From: Candidatus Lustribacter sp.
GTDB taxonomy: Bacteria; Vulcanimicrobiota; Vulcanimicrobiia; Vulcanimicrobiales; Vulcanimicrobiaceae
Assembly: GCA_965277805.1 (NCBI GenBank)
Contig: OZ255842.1
Span: forward strand, 4,800,001-4,864,000
Reading direction: 5' to 3'
DNA: 64,000 bases
Shown here: positions 29,199 to 39,127 of the stretch, piece by piece
Layout of the letters: every line of letters begins with the position of its first letter
Numbering within the stretch: the stretch's first letter is position 1
Notes under the pieces: generated by a model
What the model saw: the letters and a program-made list of their open reading frames with translations, nothing else
The model's database searches: none
Told to the model about the DNA's origin: nothing
Program-made: the position numbers and the translations under genes

Positions 29199-30791
29199 AT
29201 GGGCATAAGCGGGGCGATGTGGTGGCAAGACGGGATCATATATGAGGTTTATCCGCGTTCGTTTTTTGACACGAACGGTGATGGGATCGGGGATCTGCCG
29301 GGCATTGCGGAACGGCTCGACTACCTGGAGCGGCTCGGGGTCGACGCCGTCTGGCTTTCGCCGGTCTATCCGTCGCCTATGGCCGATTTCGGCTACGATG
29401 TCGCGGATTATTGCAACATCGATCCGCTGTTCGGATCGCTTGCCGATTTCGACGCACTGCTCGCCGGGGTACATGCGCGCGGCATGCGCCTCATCCTGGA
29501 CTTCGTTCCGAACCACACCTCCGAACAGCATCCATGGTTTTTGGCGAGCCGCTCATCGCGTAGCGATCCGAAGCGTGATTGGTATTTGTGGCGCGACGCC
29601 GCGCCGGGCGGTGGACCCCCGAACAATTGGCAAAGTCAGTTCGGTGGAAGCGCGTGGGAATGGGATGCCGCAACCGGTCAATATTACTTGCACTCGTTTT
29701 TGAAAGAACAGCCCGATCTGAATTGGCGGAATGCCGGCGTTCGTGAGGCCATGTATGACGCGTTGCGTTTTTGGCTCGATCGCGGCGTCGATGGATTTCG
29801 CGTCGACGTCCTGTGGCTTTTGATCAAGGACGATCGCTTTCGGGACAACCCCGTCAATCCGGCATGGCAACCCGGCCAATCCACCTATGACCGCTTCGTG
29901 CCGTTGTATACGTCGGACCGGCCGGAAGTACAGGCGATCGTTGCGGCGATGCGATCCGTCCTGGATGCCTACACGGACCGCGTACTCATCGGGGAGATCT
30001 ATCTGCCCATCAAGCGGCTCGTCGCCTATTACGGACTGGATCTTCGCGGTGCGCAGCTGCCGTTCAACTTCGCCTTGATTCAGACCGCTTGGAACGCGGC
30101 CGCGATCGCAAGTATCGTACGCGAATATACGAGCGCCTTACCGCAGGGTGCGTGGCCGAACTGGGTGCTCGGAAATCACGACCAGTCGCGAATCGCGACG
30201 CGCGTCGGAACGGCGCAAGCCCGTGTGGCGGCATTGCTGCTGTTGACCTTATGGGGAACGCCGACGATGTACTACGGTGACGAACTCGGGATGGTCGATG
30301 TCGCGATCCCGCCCGGCGACGTGCGCGATCCGGCAGAATTGCGTCAACCCGGGATCGGCGCGGGACGGGATCCGGAACGTACGCCGATGGCATGGGATAC
30401 GTCGGTGAACGGCGGCTTCTCCCCGGCAACACCATGGCTGCCGCTCGGCAGTAACGAACGTCAGGCGAACGTCGCCGAACAAGAGCGCGACGGCACCTCG
30501 ATGCTCGCCTTCTATCGCAAACTCATCGCCCTGCGGCGCGGTAATAAAACTGTGCTTTGTTCCGGAAGTCTTGAGGACGTCGTCGTGACGGGCACCGTCC
30601 TTCGTTATGCGCGCCGGAGCCCCGAACGGACGATGGACGTCTTTCTCAACCTGGGGGCAGCGGATCAACGCGTCGACGGATGTGCCGGGACCATCGTGCT
30701 TTCGACGGCTCCGGAACGCGCGCTGGGCGCGGTTCCCGACGCCTTAACCCTTCATCCCAACGAAGGAGTCATCGTCGAGCAGCTCCGTTGA
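29199..30791 (+). CDS. GH13 alpha-glucosidase/oligo-1,6-glucosidase
   Basis: 'YEVYPRSF', 'DFVPNHTS', 'GFRVDV', 'IGE', 'LGNHD'; start could be 29187, 29199 or 29217. Confidence 0.92.
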   Translation: MGISGAMWWQDGIIYEVYPRSFFDTNGDGIGDLPGIAERLDYLERLGVDAVWLSPVYPSPMADFGYDVADYCNIDPLFGSLADFDALLAGVHARGMRLILDFVPNHTSEQHPWFLASRSSRSDPKRDWYLWRDAAPGGGPPNNWQSQFGGSAWEWDAATGQYYLHSFLKEQPDLNWRNAGVREAMYDALRFWLDRGVDGFRVDVLWLLIKDDRFRDNPVNPAWQPGQSTYDRFVPLYTSDRPEVQAIVAAMRSVLDAYTDRVLIGEIYLPIKRLVAYYGLDLRGAQLPFNFALIQTAWNAAAIASIVREYTSALPQGAWPNWVLGNHDQSRIATRVGTAQARVAALLLLTLWGTPTMYYGDELGMVDVAIPPGDVRDPAELRQPGIGAGRDPERTPMAWDTSVNGGFSPATPWLPLGSNERQANVAEQERDGTSMLAFYRKLIALRRGNKTVLCSGSLEDVVVTGTVLRYARRSPERTMDVFLNLGAADQRVDGCAGTIVLSTAPERALGAVPDALTLHPNEGVIVEQLR

Positions 30792-30793
30792 GG

Positions 30794-31024
30794 CTATTCC
30801 GTGAGGCTCGCCTCGCGTTTCGGAAATCGGTCCGCGATCGTCGCAGTGACCGGCCCCGGACTGAGGCGATTTTCCCGCCTCAGCAATGTCTGACGCCGGC
30901 GCCAAAGCGTTCGGCTATACGAAACGTTCATGAGAAACAGCGCCCCATTGACCGCGCTCGCCGCAATCAGCCCGAGTGTCGCCGGACCGAGCTTCGCAAA
31001 AACGTGAGCCGCTGATGTCAGCAT
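30794..31024 (-). CDS. Small hypothetical membrane protein
   Basis: GGAG before ATG, one hydrophobic segment. Confidence 0.4.
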   Translation of the reverse strand: MLTSAAHVFAKLGPATLGLIAASAVNGALFLMNVSYSRTLWRRRQTLLRRENRLSPGPVTATIADRFPKREASLTE

Positions 31025-31194
31025 GCTCCATTAAACGTGACGGCGCTCGTTTCACGCATGTCAGCCGCGCATCCCTAATCTGTCTTTCATGGGGCCGAGC
31101 CGCGCCGGGGAGGGAGAGCAGCTAGGTAAGCCCTCACCAAGCTGAGGACCATCCGAATGTAGCTCCGGATCATCGGCGCCGATAGTATAGAGCT

Positions 31195-34100
31195 TTGCAA
31201 ACCCTTACTGATGTGTTCGCACCCGGCGCGCCGCCGCCGCCCGAGGGGCTCCGAACGCTGCACGTCTCTCCTAACGGGTACGTCGAGCCCGGACAGACGA
31301 TCCATGCGACGTTTGCGTTCCGAAATCTCGGCGGTGGCACCGCGACCGGATTTCGCGTTCGTTTCCGCCTTCCCGAAGGTCTGACGTACCTGGTCGGCAC
31401 CGCGCGCATCGATTCGACGCCCGCCGACGAGCAGGGCGGACTGACGGCGCTGCTTCACGGCTCGGGTGCCGACATCGGCGAAATTGCGCCCGGCGACGAG
31501 CGGCGGATCTCGCTCGATTATACCGTTGCTTCGACGATCGAGAACGGCACCCAGATCGCGATTCAAGCTGCGATTGCGTCGTTCGAAGTTCCCGTCATCG
31601 GTTCGAACGTCGTGCGCCTCGTGGTTCGCAGCAAGCCGCTCCTGCGCAACCCGAAGACCGTCCTCGCCGTCGCGCCCGTTCGTGAGGTGGCTCCGGGCGC
31701 AGAACTGCAACTGCGTGCGGTAATCCACAATGGGGGGCACTCGAGCGCGCACGACGTGATCGCGCTGCTGCCGCTTCCCAGCCACACCACCTACGTCGAG
31801 CGGAGCGCGCGCATCGATGGTCGCGAACTCGCCGGCTCTTCCGACGATCCTTTCGGCGTGGGCCGGCCTGCGATCGTCGCGCCGGCACTCGCTCCGGGCT
31901 CGACGATTGAGGTCGGCTATCGGGCGCGCATCGATCCCGTCATCGAGGACCAGACATCAATTGTCGTTCGCGGTGGAATCGGTTCCCTGGAAACCGCCGA
32001 GTTCGCACTCGAACTGGCCCCGCTGAAGGTCGCCTCGCTGCCGTCGTTCGCAAGCGAGGAAACAGCCTTTGTCACCGATTGCGACGAGCAGGTCTCACCG
32101 GGTCAGCGCATACGTCTGGCGGTCAGGTTACGGAACACCGGTACGGCGCGCGCGCGAAACGTACGCGCACAATTCGCGCTTCCCCCCGGTGTCGTCTATT
32201 GTGCCGGTTCGCGCACGTGCGACGGAGCGGCCGTACCGGACGGAGAGGATCCCGTCACGTTCGCGCTCGGCGAGTTGGAACCGGGACGAACGATCGAACT
32301 CGCGCTCTACGGCGGCATCACGAGCCCGGCGAGCGACGGCACGTCGCTTACTCTCGCCGTACGAACGGATTGGCAGGGCGGGCATCGCGCCTTCGATCGC
32401 GTGCTGACCGTTCGCTCGGCTCCGGCCTTCCCCGCGGCGTTCAATGCGATCCGGCGCGAAGGCGCGCGGCGAATTGCGCCCGGTGAAGCGGTCGGGTTCA
32501 CCGTAGCGATTGCGAACCTTGGAACGGCCGTCGCTTCCGGCGTTCGCATCGTTCTTGACGCGGATGATGGTATCGAGCATTTGCGGGCCGCCGAGGGCGA
32601 CGCCGAGCTACCCATCGGCGACGACGGCGCGATCGCGCTCGACGTGTTGTCGCCCGGGATTCGCCGGACGTTGCGCATCGATGGGGTGCTCGCAACGGTG
32701 CTCGAAGACGAGGCGCAACTTCGCCTCCGCGCCGTCTTACGCGTCGCAGGCGTTGATGAGGTCGAGCTCGGCGCGGCCGTCGTTCAAGTCGCGTCGCGTC
32801 CGCGCTTTACGGTGGAAACATCGCAGCTCGTCGCCGCGAGCGACGACGCGTTGCGTCCGAACCACATGACCCCGTGCAAGCTCGTGCTTCGCAACGACGG
32901 TACGGACCGTGGGCGCGAAGTCCGCGTTCGCCTGCAGTTCCCGCCGGAATTGCGCCTCGAACGTGTCGACGGCGCCACGCACGATGATGAAACGGTTCTG
33001 TTGGGGGACATCGCGGCGGGCGAGACGCGCGAAGCGATGGTGCACTTCCGGCTGACCGGACATGTCTCCCACGACGAACCGCTCACCGTGCTCGGGTGCG
33101 TGAGCGGCCGCAACGTCGTTCCGTTTTCGCTCGAGCCGCTGGAACTGCGCACGCATGCTGAAGCGTCCTTTGCCGAAGGTGCGACGCTGACGTCGCAACC
33201 CGCCGAAACGATCGATGCCGGCGCGTCGATATACTACACCTTGGCGCTGCGCAACGGTGGCGACGGCGCCGCGAAGCGGCTTACGATCCGGCTCGATCAG
33301 CCCACCAATGCCGTCTATGCGCCGGGCAGCACGAGCATCAACGGCATCTCGCTGCTCGACTTTGTCGGCACGTCACCGCTGCTGGGAAGCACCGGGCTCT
33401 CGCTCGGAGACGTCGCCGTCGGTGCAGAGGTGATCGTCCGCATGCAGGCCATCGTCAACGCGCCGCTGCCGGCCGGCACCACAATCGAAGCGCGCGCCTA
33501 CATCGCTTTGGACGGCGGGCCGGAAACGGCCGTGCGTTGCGAGCCGGTGCGCGTGCGATCGACCTCGGCGCTTCCCATCGTCGAGGCCGCGCTTCCGTTC
33601 ACCGTGATCGGTGCCGCCGCCGCGCCGAAGCGTATCTCAAGCAACGGCGATGGACACGCCTATGCGCTGAACGGCTCCGCCGCAACCCCCGTGGCGTTAC
33701 CGCGCGAATCTCTGCCGGTCGAATCGGTGCCGGTCGAGGAGACCATCGACGGGCCGGTGATTCTCTCACTCGGTCTCGATGACAAAAAGCTCGCGTGGAC
33801 GGTACGCTATCTTGAAGAGGCGCGCCTCGATGGGCTCGTCCCCGATTTGCTGCTGCTGCGAGCGCTGTTCCCCGACGACGCGGCCGGCGCAGATGGTGCC
33901 ACGCGCCGGCTTCTACGCGAGCACGCGGAGCGATTGAGCGAGCTTGCCGATCGGCTTTTCGTGAAGCTTCGTCTCCCCGAGCCCGATATCGTCGAGGCGG
34001 ACGTCGAAACACCGGCATTGCGCGAATCACTTCGCGGCGTCCTCACCGCACTGCGCGAATTGCCCGTTGCGGCGCCGTACGAAGCCAATGGATTACGGCT

Positions 34101-34410
34101 GATCAGTTCGTTGCACGGGGACGAGCTTGCGAGTGCACAGGCCGCCCTCGATGAGGCTCCTTTGGTCACGGGAGAACCATGGCTCGCGACCGCCTTGCTC
34201 CTCGGCTCGACGCTCGAGTTCGACGGGCGCGTCGTCGGCGACGTGGGCGCGTACCGCACTGCGCTGCGTCGCGAACTTACCTCCATCCGTGATCTTGACA
34301 CCGATGCGTTCCTTGATGCGGTCCTCTCGCGACCGGTCGACGCACAGTTGGTGGAGAGCCGTGGGCAAGCGTTGCGCGTGCTCGCGGCGCAACGTGAACC
34401 AGCGCCCTGA
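31195..34410 (+). CDS. Large protein with six DUF11/Ig-like repeats and a helical C-terminal domain
   Basis: Six repeats of 'VxPG...hxNxGxxxA...hPxxxxY'; no evident signal peptide. Confidence 0.8.
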   Translation: MQTLTDVFAPGAPPPPEGLRTLHVSPNGYVEPGQTIHATFAFRNLGGGTATGFRVRFRLPEGLTYLVGTARIDSTPADEQGGLTALLHGSGADIGEIAPGDERRISLDYTVASTIENGTQIAIQAAIASFEVPVIGSNVVRLVVRSKPLLRNPKTVLAVAPVREVAPGAELQLRAVIHNGGHSSAHDVIALLPLPSHTTYVERSARIDGRELAGSSDDPFGVGRPAIVAPALAPGSTIEVGYRARIDPVIEDQTSIVVRGGIGSLETAEFALELAPLKVASLPSFASEETAFVTDCDEQVSPGQRIRLAVRLRNTGTARARNVRAQFALPPGVVYCAGSRTCDGAAVPDGEDPVTFALGELEPGRTIELALYGGITSPASDGTSLTLAVRTDWQGGHRAFDRVLTVRSAPAFPAAFNAIRREGARRIAPGEAVGFTVAIANLGTAVASGVRIVLDADDGIEHLRAAEGDAELPIGDDGAIALDVLSPGIRRTLRIDGVLATVLEDEAQLRLRAVLRVAGVDEVELGAAVVQVASRPRFTVETSQLVAASDDALRPNHMTPCKLVLRNDGTDRGREVRVRLQFPPELRLERVDGATHDDETVLLGDIAAGETREAMVHFRLTGHVSHDEPLTVLGCVSGRNVVPFSLEPLELRTHAEASFAEGATLTSQPAETIDAGASIYYTLALRNGGDGAAKRLTIRLDQPTNAVYAPGSTSINGISLLDFVGTSPLLGSTGLSLGDVAVGAEVIVRMQAIVNAPLPAGTTIEARAYIALDGGPETAVRCEPVRVRSTSALPIVEAALPFTVIGAAAAPKRISSNGDGHAYALNGSAATPVALPRESLPVESVPVEETIDGPVILSLGLDDKKLAWTVRYLEEARLDGLVPDLLLLRALFPDDAAGADGATRRLLREHAERLSELADRLFVKLRLPEPDIVEADVETPALRESLRGVLTALRELPVAAPYEANGLRLISSLHGDELASAQAALDEAPLVTGEPWLATALLLGSTLEFDGRVVGDVGAYRTALRRELTSIRDLDTDAFLDAVLSRPVDAQLVESRGQALRVLAAQREPAP

Positions 34411-34799
34411 TGACGCTTACGGCCGGCGTCGCCCTGCTCGTCTTCGTGGCAGTGGTGATAGCGCTCGCGGCGCGATTCTTGCGACGGCCCGCTCGCGACG
34501 CCGTTCCGGCCGTGCCGCAGATACGGGACCTGCCCTATGCGGAGCCGCCGGAACCAGCGCCGCTCGAACCAACGCTGCCGGAGCCGGAGACGGAGCCGGT
34601 CATAACGTGGACGATCGCATTGACCACGACGGCGCTTGATGAAGCGGGCCGCCTGCGCCTCATCGACGATTTGACTATGCTCGCCGCGCCCTGGACGATC
34701 GCTCTCTTACGCCGCGCGTATCAGGAAGAAAGCTCACCGCAAATGCGGGTCCGGATCGAGGCCGCCTTGGCCTCGTCCGGAGAACCGATCGGCACGTAA
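34410..34799 (+). CDS. N-terminally membrane-anchored protein with Pro/Glu linker and HEAT-like C-terminus
   Basis: TM helix, PEP-rich linker, 'LLRRAYQEE...VRIEAAL'; TGATG overlap with the repeat gene. Confidence 0.7.
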   Translation: MTLTAGVALLVFVAVVIALAARFLRRPARDAVPAVPQIRDLPYAEPPEPAPLEPTLPEPETEPVITWTIALTTTALDEAGRLRLIDDLTMLAAPWTIALLRRAYQEESSPQMRVRIEAALASSGEPIGT

Positions 34800-34802
34800 A
34801 CT

Positions 34803-35177
34803 CTAGCGGGACCCGACCTCAAGTCCATTCTTGCTGCGGAAGATAGCGAAGTGAGATTTGGCGGTGCCTAGCGACGTGTACGGAGCGGCAGAACCTGCCC
34901 CGGCCAATGTAGCGTCGATTTTCGTAATGAGGCACGCGCCGCGCTTCGCACTTATAGTAATCTGCGTCGGCTTGACGCCGCTGTTTGGGAGCTTGTGGCC
35001 GGCCGGAACGGAAAAGTTATCGGATCGGCCCGCCGCATAACGTATCGTGCCCGTGGCGGGAAAATGGGTTTCGTTAACGATGGTCGCGCTCGGGTATGCC
35101 GAGGCCGGCGAGGAAACGCCGAGCATCGGGGCTGTCAGTGCGATCGCTTCAATCGCGAGCGCCTTTATCGTGCTCAT
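34803..35177 (-). CDS. Small secreted protein
   Basis: Signal-like MSTIKALAIEAIALTAPMLGVSSPASA then 'ATIVNET'. Confidence 0.55.
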   Translation of the reverse strand: MSTIKALAIEAIALTAPMLGVSSPASAYPSATIVNETHFPATGTIRYAAGRSDNFSVPAGHKLPNSGVKPTQITISAKRGACLITKIDATLAGAGSAAPYTSLGTAKSHFAIFRSKNGLEVGSR

Positions 35178-35643
35178 TGCGGCAATCGCAGCCGTGCGAC
35201 AACTGCGGCACATGCGGCTGGCGAACCAGTTGAGTTCCTATTTCCAGATCATGGCGTGGGGTCAGTCCGCGGAAGGCATCGAAGCCCGGCGTTTCCTCGG
35301 GTCGCTGGATCTTAGCGATCGCGCGACGTTTCTTGCGGTGACGACGCCCCAGGTCGACCATCGGCTTAGCGCAATCGGCGCGCATTACCAGAACGTAGCT
35401 CGACTGCTCAATCTCGGAGTCCTCTACGATTCGCTATTCGGGTCCTACTACGACATGGCGCCGCGCATTTGGAAAGAAGTACAACCGATAGCGGCGTTGA
35501 TGCTCGAGCAAACCGGGGCGGCGATCTGGATCGATTTCGAATACTTGGTATATCGTGAACGCAAGCAACGGATACTGGCGAAGCTGTTTCGTCGCTACAG
35601 CCGTACGGCGTCTATCGCTTCCAGCCGAGCGCGTAACCGCTAA
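35080..35643 (+). CDS. DUF4760-like membrane-anchored protein
   Basis: TM then 'AVRQLRHMRLANQL', 'HYQNVARLLNLG', 'WIDFEYL'; start uncertain. Confidence 0.6.
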   Translation: MVALGYAEAGEETPSIGAVSAIASIASAFIVLIAAIAAVRQLRHMRLANQLSSYFQIMAWGQSAEGIEARRFLGSLDLSDRATFLAVTTPQVDHRLSAIGAHYQNVARLLNLGVLYDSLFGSYYDMAPRIWKEVQPIAALMLEQTGAAIWIDFEYLVYRERKQRILAKLFRRYSRTASIASSRARNR

Positions 35644-35647
35644 GCGG

Positions 35648-36037
35648 TCAGCGCTCGCGGGCACCGTTCTGAACCGAGAGCTCCCAGCGATATCCGTCCG
35701 GATCGTGAAACCACAGGCCCATGTGCGGTGAGCCCGGCGACGTGGGGCCGATTTCGTTGCCGGGGTCTTCCAATTCTACGCCGTTTTTCTTCAACGTCTC
35801 GAGCGCTTCGCGCAGCGCGCGCATGTTCTCGAGATGAAACGACGTGTGGTCGATCGTTTCCGGATGTGGTGTGCCTTTAAAGAACCCGATGATCATCGCG
35901 TTGTTCGTCAGCGCGATCGCCTCATCGGACCGGAACATTTCCTGCAGATCGAAGTTCTCGGTCCAGAATTGTGCGCTCTTCTCCGGGTCTCTGACGGCAA
36001 AGCTGAAATGCCAGACCGCGCCAAGTTGTACTTTCAT
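35648..36037 (-). CDS. VOC/glyoxalase-family protein
   Basis: 'HFSFAVRD', 'DHTSF', 'FHDPDGYRWEL'. Confidence 0.9.
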   Translation of the reverse strand: MKVQLGAVWHFSFAVRDPEKSAQFWTENFDLQEMFRSDEAIALTNNAMIIGFFKGTPHPETIDHTSFHLENMRALREALETLKKNGVELEDPGNEIGPTSPGSPHMGLWFHDPDGYRWELSVQNGARER

Positions 36038-36047
36038 CGTTCGTACC

Positions 36048-36782
36048 TCAGATTTGTGCTAGGCCGCCGTCGACGGCGAGCTCGCTGCCGGTCATGAAGC
36101 TGCTGTCCTGCGACGCGAGAAAGGCGGCTACCGCGCCGATCTCCGCCGGATCGCCCATGCGTTGGAGCGCAGTCATCGAGCCGTAGGCGCTCAGGCCTTC
36201 CTCGCCTAGTGCTTCTCTCGCAAGTTCGGTCGCCGTTGCCCCGGGCGATAGCACGTTCACCCGAATGCCGGTGCCTTTGAGGTCTTCCGCCCAAGTCCGC
36301 GCGAGGTTGCGCACAGCCGCCTTGCTCGCGCTGTAGGCGGTGAACGCCGGGGCACCCGTGGTGCCGGCACTCGATCCGGTCAAGATGATCGACCCTCCGT
36401 TGCCCATCAGCGGCAGCGCCTGCTGGACCGTGAAGATCGTGCCCTTCACGTTGGTGTCGAAGGTTTCGTCGATGTGCTCGGCCGTGATCTTGCCGAGCGG
36501 AAGCCGGCTTCCTACCCCGGCATTGGCGAAGACGATGTCGAGAGTTCCGCGCTCGGCCTTCACTTCCGCGTAGAGCCGGTCGAGGTCGGGCAGGCTGGAG
36601 ACCGAGCCCTTCACCGCGCGAGCATTGGGCCCGAGCTCGGTCAGTGCGGCGTCGAGTGCCGCCTGCCGGCGGCCGAAGATGAAGACGAAAGCGCCCTCCT
36701 CGATGAACCGCTTTGCCGCGGCGCGGCCGATGCCGGTAGCTCCGCCCGTGATCACGGCGGTCTTTCCATTCAGTCTATTCAT
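36048..36782 (-). CDS. SDR-family oxidoreductase
   Basis: TGGATGIG, NAG, YSASK. Confidence 0.95.
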   Translation of the reverse strand: MNRLNGKTAVITGGATGIGRAAAKRFIEEGAFVFIFGRRQAALDAALTELGPNARAVKGSVSSLPDLDRLYAEVKAERGTLDIVFANAGVGSRLPLGKITAEHIDETFDTNVKGTIFTVQQALPLMGNGGSIILTGSSAGTTGAPAFTAYSASKAAVRNLARTWAEDLKGTGIRVNVLSPGATATELAREALGEEGLSAYGSMTALQRMGDPAEIGAVAAFLASQDSSFMTGSELAVDGGLAQI

Positions 36783-36805
36783 GATGCCGTCGAGCGTATC
36801 ATATA

Positions 36806-36868
36806 TGGACCGTTCGGTCAACAATCAGATTTGTTGATTTGGACCGTTTGGTCATCATCTGGTATACT
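36806..36868. promoter_or_regulatory. Two TetR operators and a leaderless-type promoter
   Basis: TGGACCGTTCGGTCA (36806) and TGGACCGTTTGGTCA (36840); TGGACC-N17-TATACT ends 7 nt before the TetR ATG. Confidence 0.7.
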
Positions 36869-36875
36869 ACCGTGT

Positions 36876-37451
36876 ATGGGACGGCCGGCGACCTTCGATC
36901 AAACGGAGATGTTGGAGACGATACAATCGGTCTTCTGGGATAACGGGTATTCGGCGACATCGCTCGACGACATCATGCAATCGACCGGTCTCGGCAAGGG
37001 CAGCCTCTACGGCGCCTACGGCTCAAAGCAAGACATGTATCTGCTGGCCTTCACCGATTACTGCGACTGGGCCGTCGCGGATCTTCAGGGACGCCTGCGC
37101 GGTGACGACGCGGGCGCGATCGTACGCTTACGTGAGTATGTTCAGTCGGCGGCGAAGGGCGGCGCAAATGCCCGTCGCGGATGTATGCTGGCAAAGGGTA
37201 CCGCCGAAGTTGCCGCGCGCTTTCCGGAAATTGACAAGATCATCGAGCGGACGTTCAAGGCGATGGAACGCGCAATCGTTCATTGCGTTCGTCAAGCGCA
37301 GAGCGCAGGCGACATTGCCGCCGATCGCGATGCGCGAGCGATCGGCGTAACGTTGCTGGCCGTCGTTCGCGGAATGGGATCGCTGGCGCAAGCGGGCATG
37401 TCTTCAGCTTCCCTTTCGCTGGCTGCCCAAGGCGCGCTGGCCATGCTGTAA
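36876..37451 (+). CDS. TetR/AcrR-family regulator (NemR/ComR-like)
   Basis: 'MGRPATFD...FWDNGYSATSLDD...GLGKGSLYGAYGSK', 'GCML'. Confidence 0.93.
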   Translation: MGRPATFDQTEMLETIQSVFWDNGYSATSLDDIMQSTGLGKGSLYGAYGSKQDMYLLAFTDYCDWAVADLQGRLRGDDAGAIVRLREYVQSAAKGGANARRGCMLAKGTAEVAARFPEIDKIIERTFKAMERAIVHCVRQAQSAGDIAADRDARAIGVTLLAVVRGMGSLAQAGMSSASLSLAAQGALAML

Positions 37452-37509
37452 CTGCCGCTGCTATGGGTTTCTGAAATGGGGCGCGCCGGTGCCGGTCGAA
37501 TCATCGGCT

Positions 37510-38862
37510 ATGGCGACGCAGCTGGCGATTCCGGGGCCGCGCGGCCGCGATGCGCTGCGGTTCCTCGGTTTCGGCGATTCGGACGGGCTGCTCGCGTACT
37601 TCCTCGAGACCGCGCGGCGATACGGGCCGATCAGCTATCTGCGTGTCCTCGGTCAGCACGTCGTGCTGTTGGATGACGCCGGTCTGATCGAAGACGTGTT
37701 GCAGACCCAGCAACACCGCTTCGTGCGCGATGCGGGTGCCGCGCTGTTGCGCGAGATCACCGGCGACGGAGTGCTGACACTCGACGACCCCGGTCATCTC
37801 CGCCGGCGGCGCATGCTGCAGCCGGCATTTCACCGCGCCCGCATCGAGCACTACGTGGCGAGCATGCAAGCGATCGCGCAGCGTACGGCCGACGCTTGGC
37901 ACGACGGCGAGCGGATCGATGTCGGTGCAGCGATGATGCGGTTGACGCTCGACGTGGTTGGGAGCGCGCTCTTCGGCGACGAGGTCGGATGCGCCGATCA
38001 GATTGCGGAGGTGGTCTCGTCGATCGGTCGACGTGGAGGACGCCTTCAACCCCTGCTCGCTGCGCTCGCGCCGGCCCTGCTTGCAGCGCGCAGACATTTG
38101 CCGCAAAACGTGCGCCTCGTTTTCGGGCGCGAGCGTGCCGCGCTCGAGGGCATCGTCGATCCGATCATCGCGCGGCGCCGCGCGGCCAAAACGGGCGGAA
38201 GCGATTTGCTCGCGATGCTGCTCGAGGCGCGCGATGAGGCCGGCGAGGCGCTCAGTGATGTGGACATCCGGAACGAGTTGATCACGTTCGTCCTAGCCGG
38301 ACACGAAACGACCTCGAGCGCGCTGACCTGGGCATGGTATTTGCTCGGGCGGCACCCTGAGGTCGAAGCGCGCTTCCGGGACGAGGTGGATGCGGTACTC
38401 GGCGGACGCCCGGTCACCATGGATGACGTGCGGCAGTTGCCGTATACATCCAACGTTTTCGCCGAAGCACTGCGGCTCTATCCGCCCGCGGCGGCCTTCG
38501 CGCGCCGGCCGACGGAACACGTGACGCTCGGCGGCTATACGATACCACGCTATGCGAGTGTATTCGTGAGCCCGTACGTGACGCATCGCAATCCGCGCTA
38601 CTTTCCCGAGCCGCTGGCATTCCGCCCCGAGCGCTGGGAGGCCATGGATCCGCCGAAGTTTGCCTTCTTCCCGTTCGGCGGCGGGGCAAAGATGTGCATC
38701 GGGGAACCTTTTGCGCGCGCCGAAGGCGTGGTCGTGCTTGCGACGGTTGCGCAACGCCGGCACCTCAAAATCGCTGGGAAGGACGTCGCGCCGGCTCCGT
38801 CAGCGCTGTTGCGGCCGAGCGAACCGATCTTGGCGGAGGTCACTTCTCGCCCGCATGCCTAG
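37510..38862 (+). CDS. Cytochrome P450
   Basis: AGHETT, EALR, PERW, FGGGAKMCIG heme motif. Confidence 0.96.
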   Translation: MATQLAIPGPRGRDALRFLGFGDSDGLLAYFLETARRYGPISYLRVLGQHVVLLDDAGLIEDVLQTQQHRFVRDAGAALLREITGDGVLTLDDPGHLRRRRMLQPAFHRARIEHYVASMQAIAQRTADAWHDGERIDVGAAMMRLTLDVVGSALFGDEVGCADQIAEVVSSIGRRGGRLQPLLAALAPALLAARRHLPQNVRLVFGRERAALEGIVDPIIARRRAAKTGGSDLLAMLLEARDEAGEALSDVDIRNELITFVLAGHETTSSALTWAWYLLGRHPEVEARFRDEVDAVLGGRPVTMDDVRQLPYTSNVFAEALRLYPPAAAFARRPTEHVTLGGYTIPRYASVFVSPYVTHRNPRYFPEPLAFRPERWEAMDPPKFAFFPFGGGAKMCIGEPFARAEGVVVLATVAQRRHLKIAGKDVAPAPSALLRPSEPILAEVTSRPHA

Positions 38863-38876
38863 AGGCCGGGGCGTTG

Positions 38877-38996
38877 CTACTCGTTCTTTTTACCGAGGAG
38901 ATTGGCAAGGAGCGTGCCGTCGATGACGACGAGCACGGCGATGATGACGGCGAAAACGAGCGTTACCGCCTTGAAGAAACCCCAGAGAAATCCCAT
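38877..38996 (-). CDS. 39-aa single-TM small protein
   Basis: GGGGAGAAGG RBS, MGFLWGFFKAVTLVFAVIIAVLVVIDG... Confidence 0.55.
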   Translation of the reverse strand: MGFLWGFFKAVTLVFAVIIAVLVVIDGTLLANLLGKKNE

Positions 38997-39127
38997 GCGG
39001 ACCTTCTCCCCGGCACGGAGGCCATCGAAGCAAGGCGATGCTTGCGCCGCGCGGCTCGGAGCGAGGCCGCGGCGGGAACAATGCCGTTCACCGGCATACG
39101 CTTTCCCGAAGTGGGGGACACGCACGA

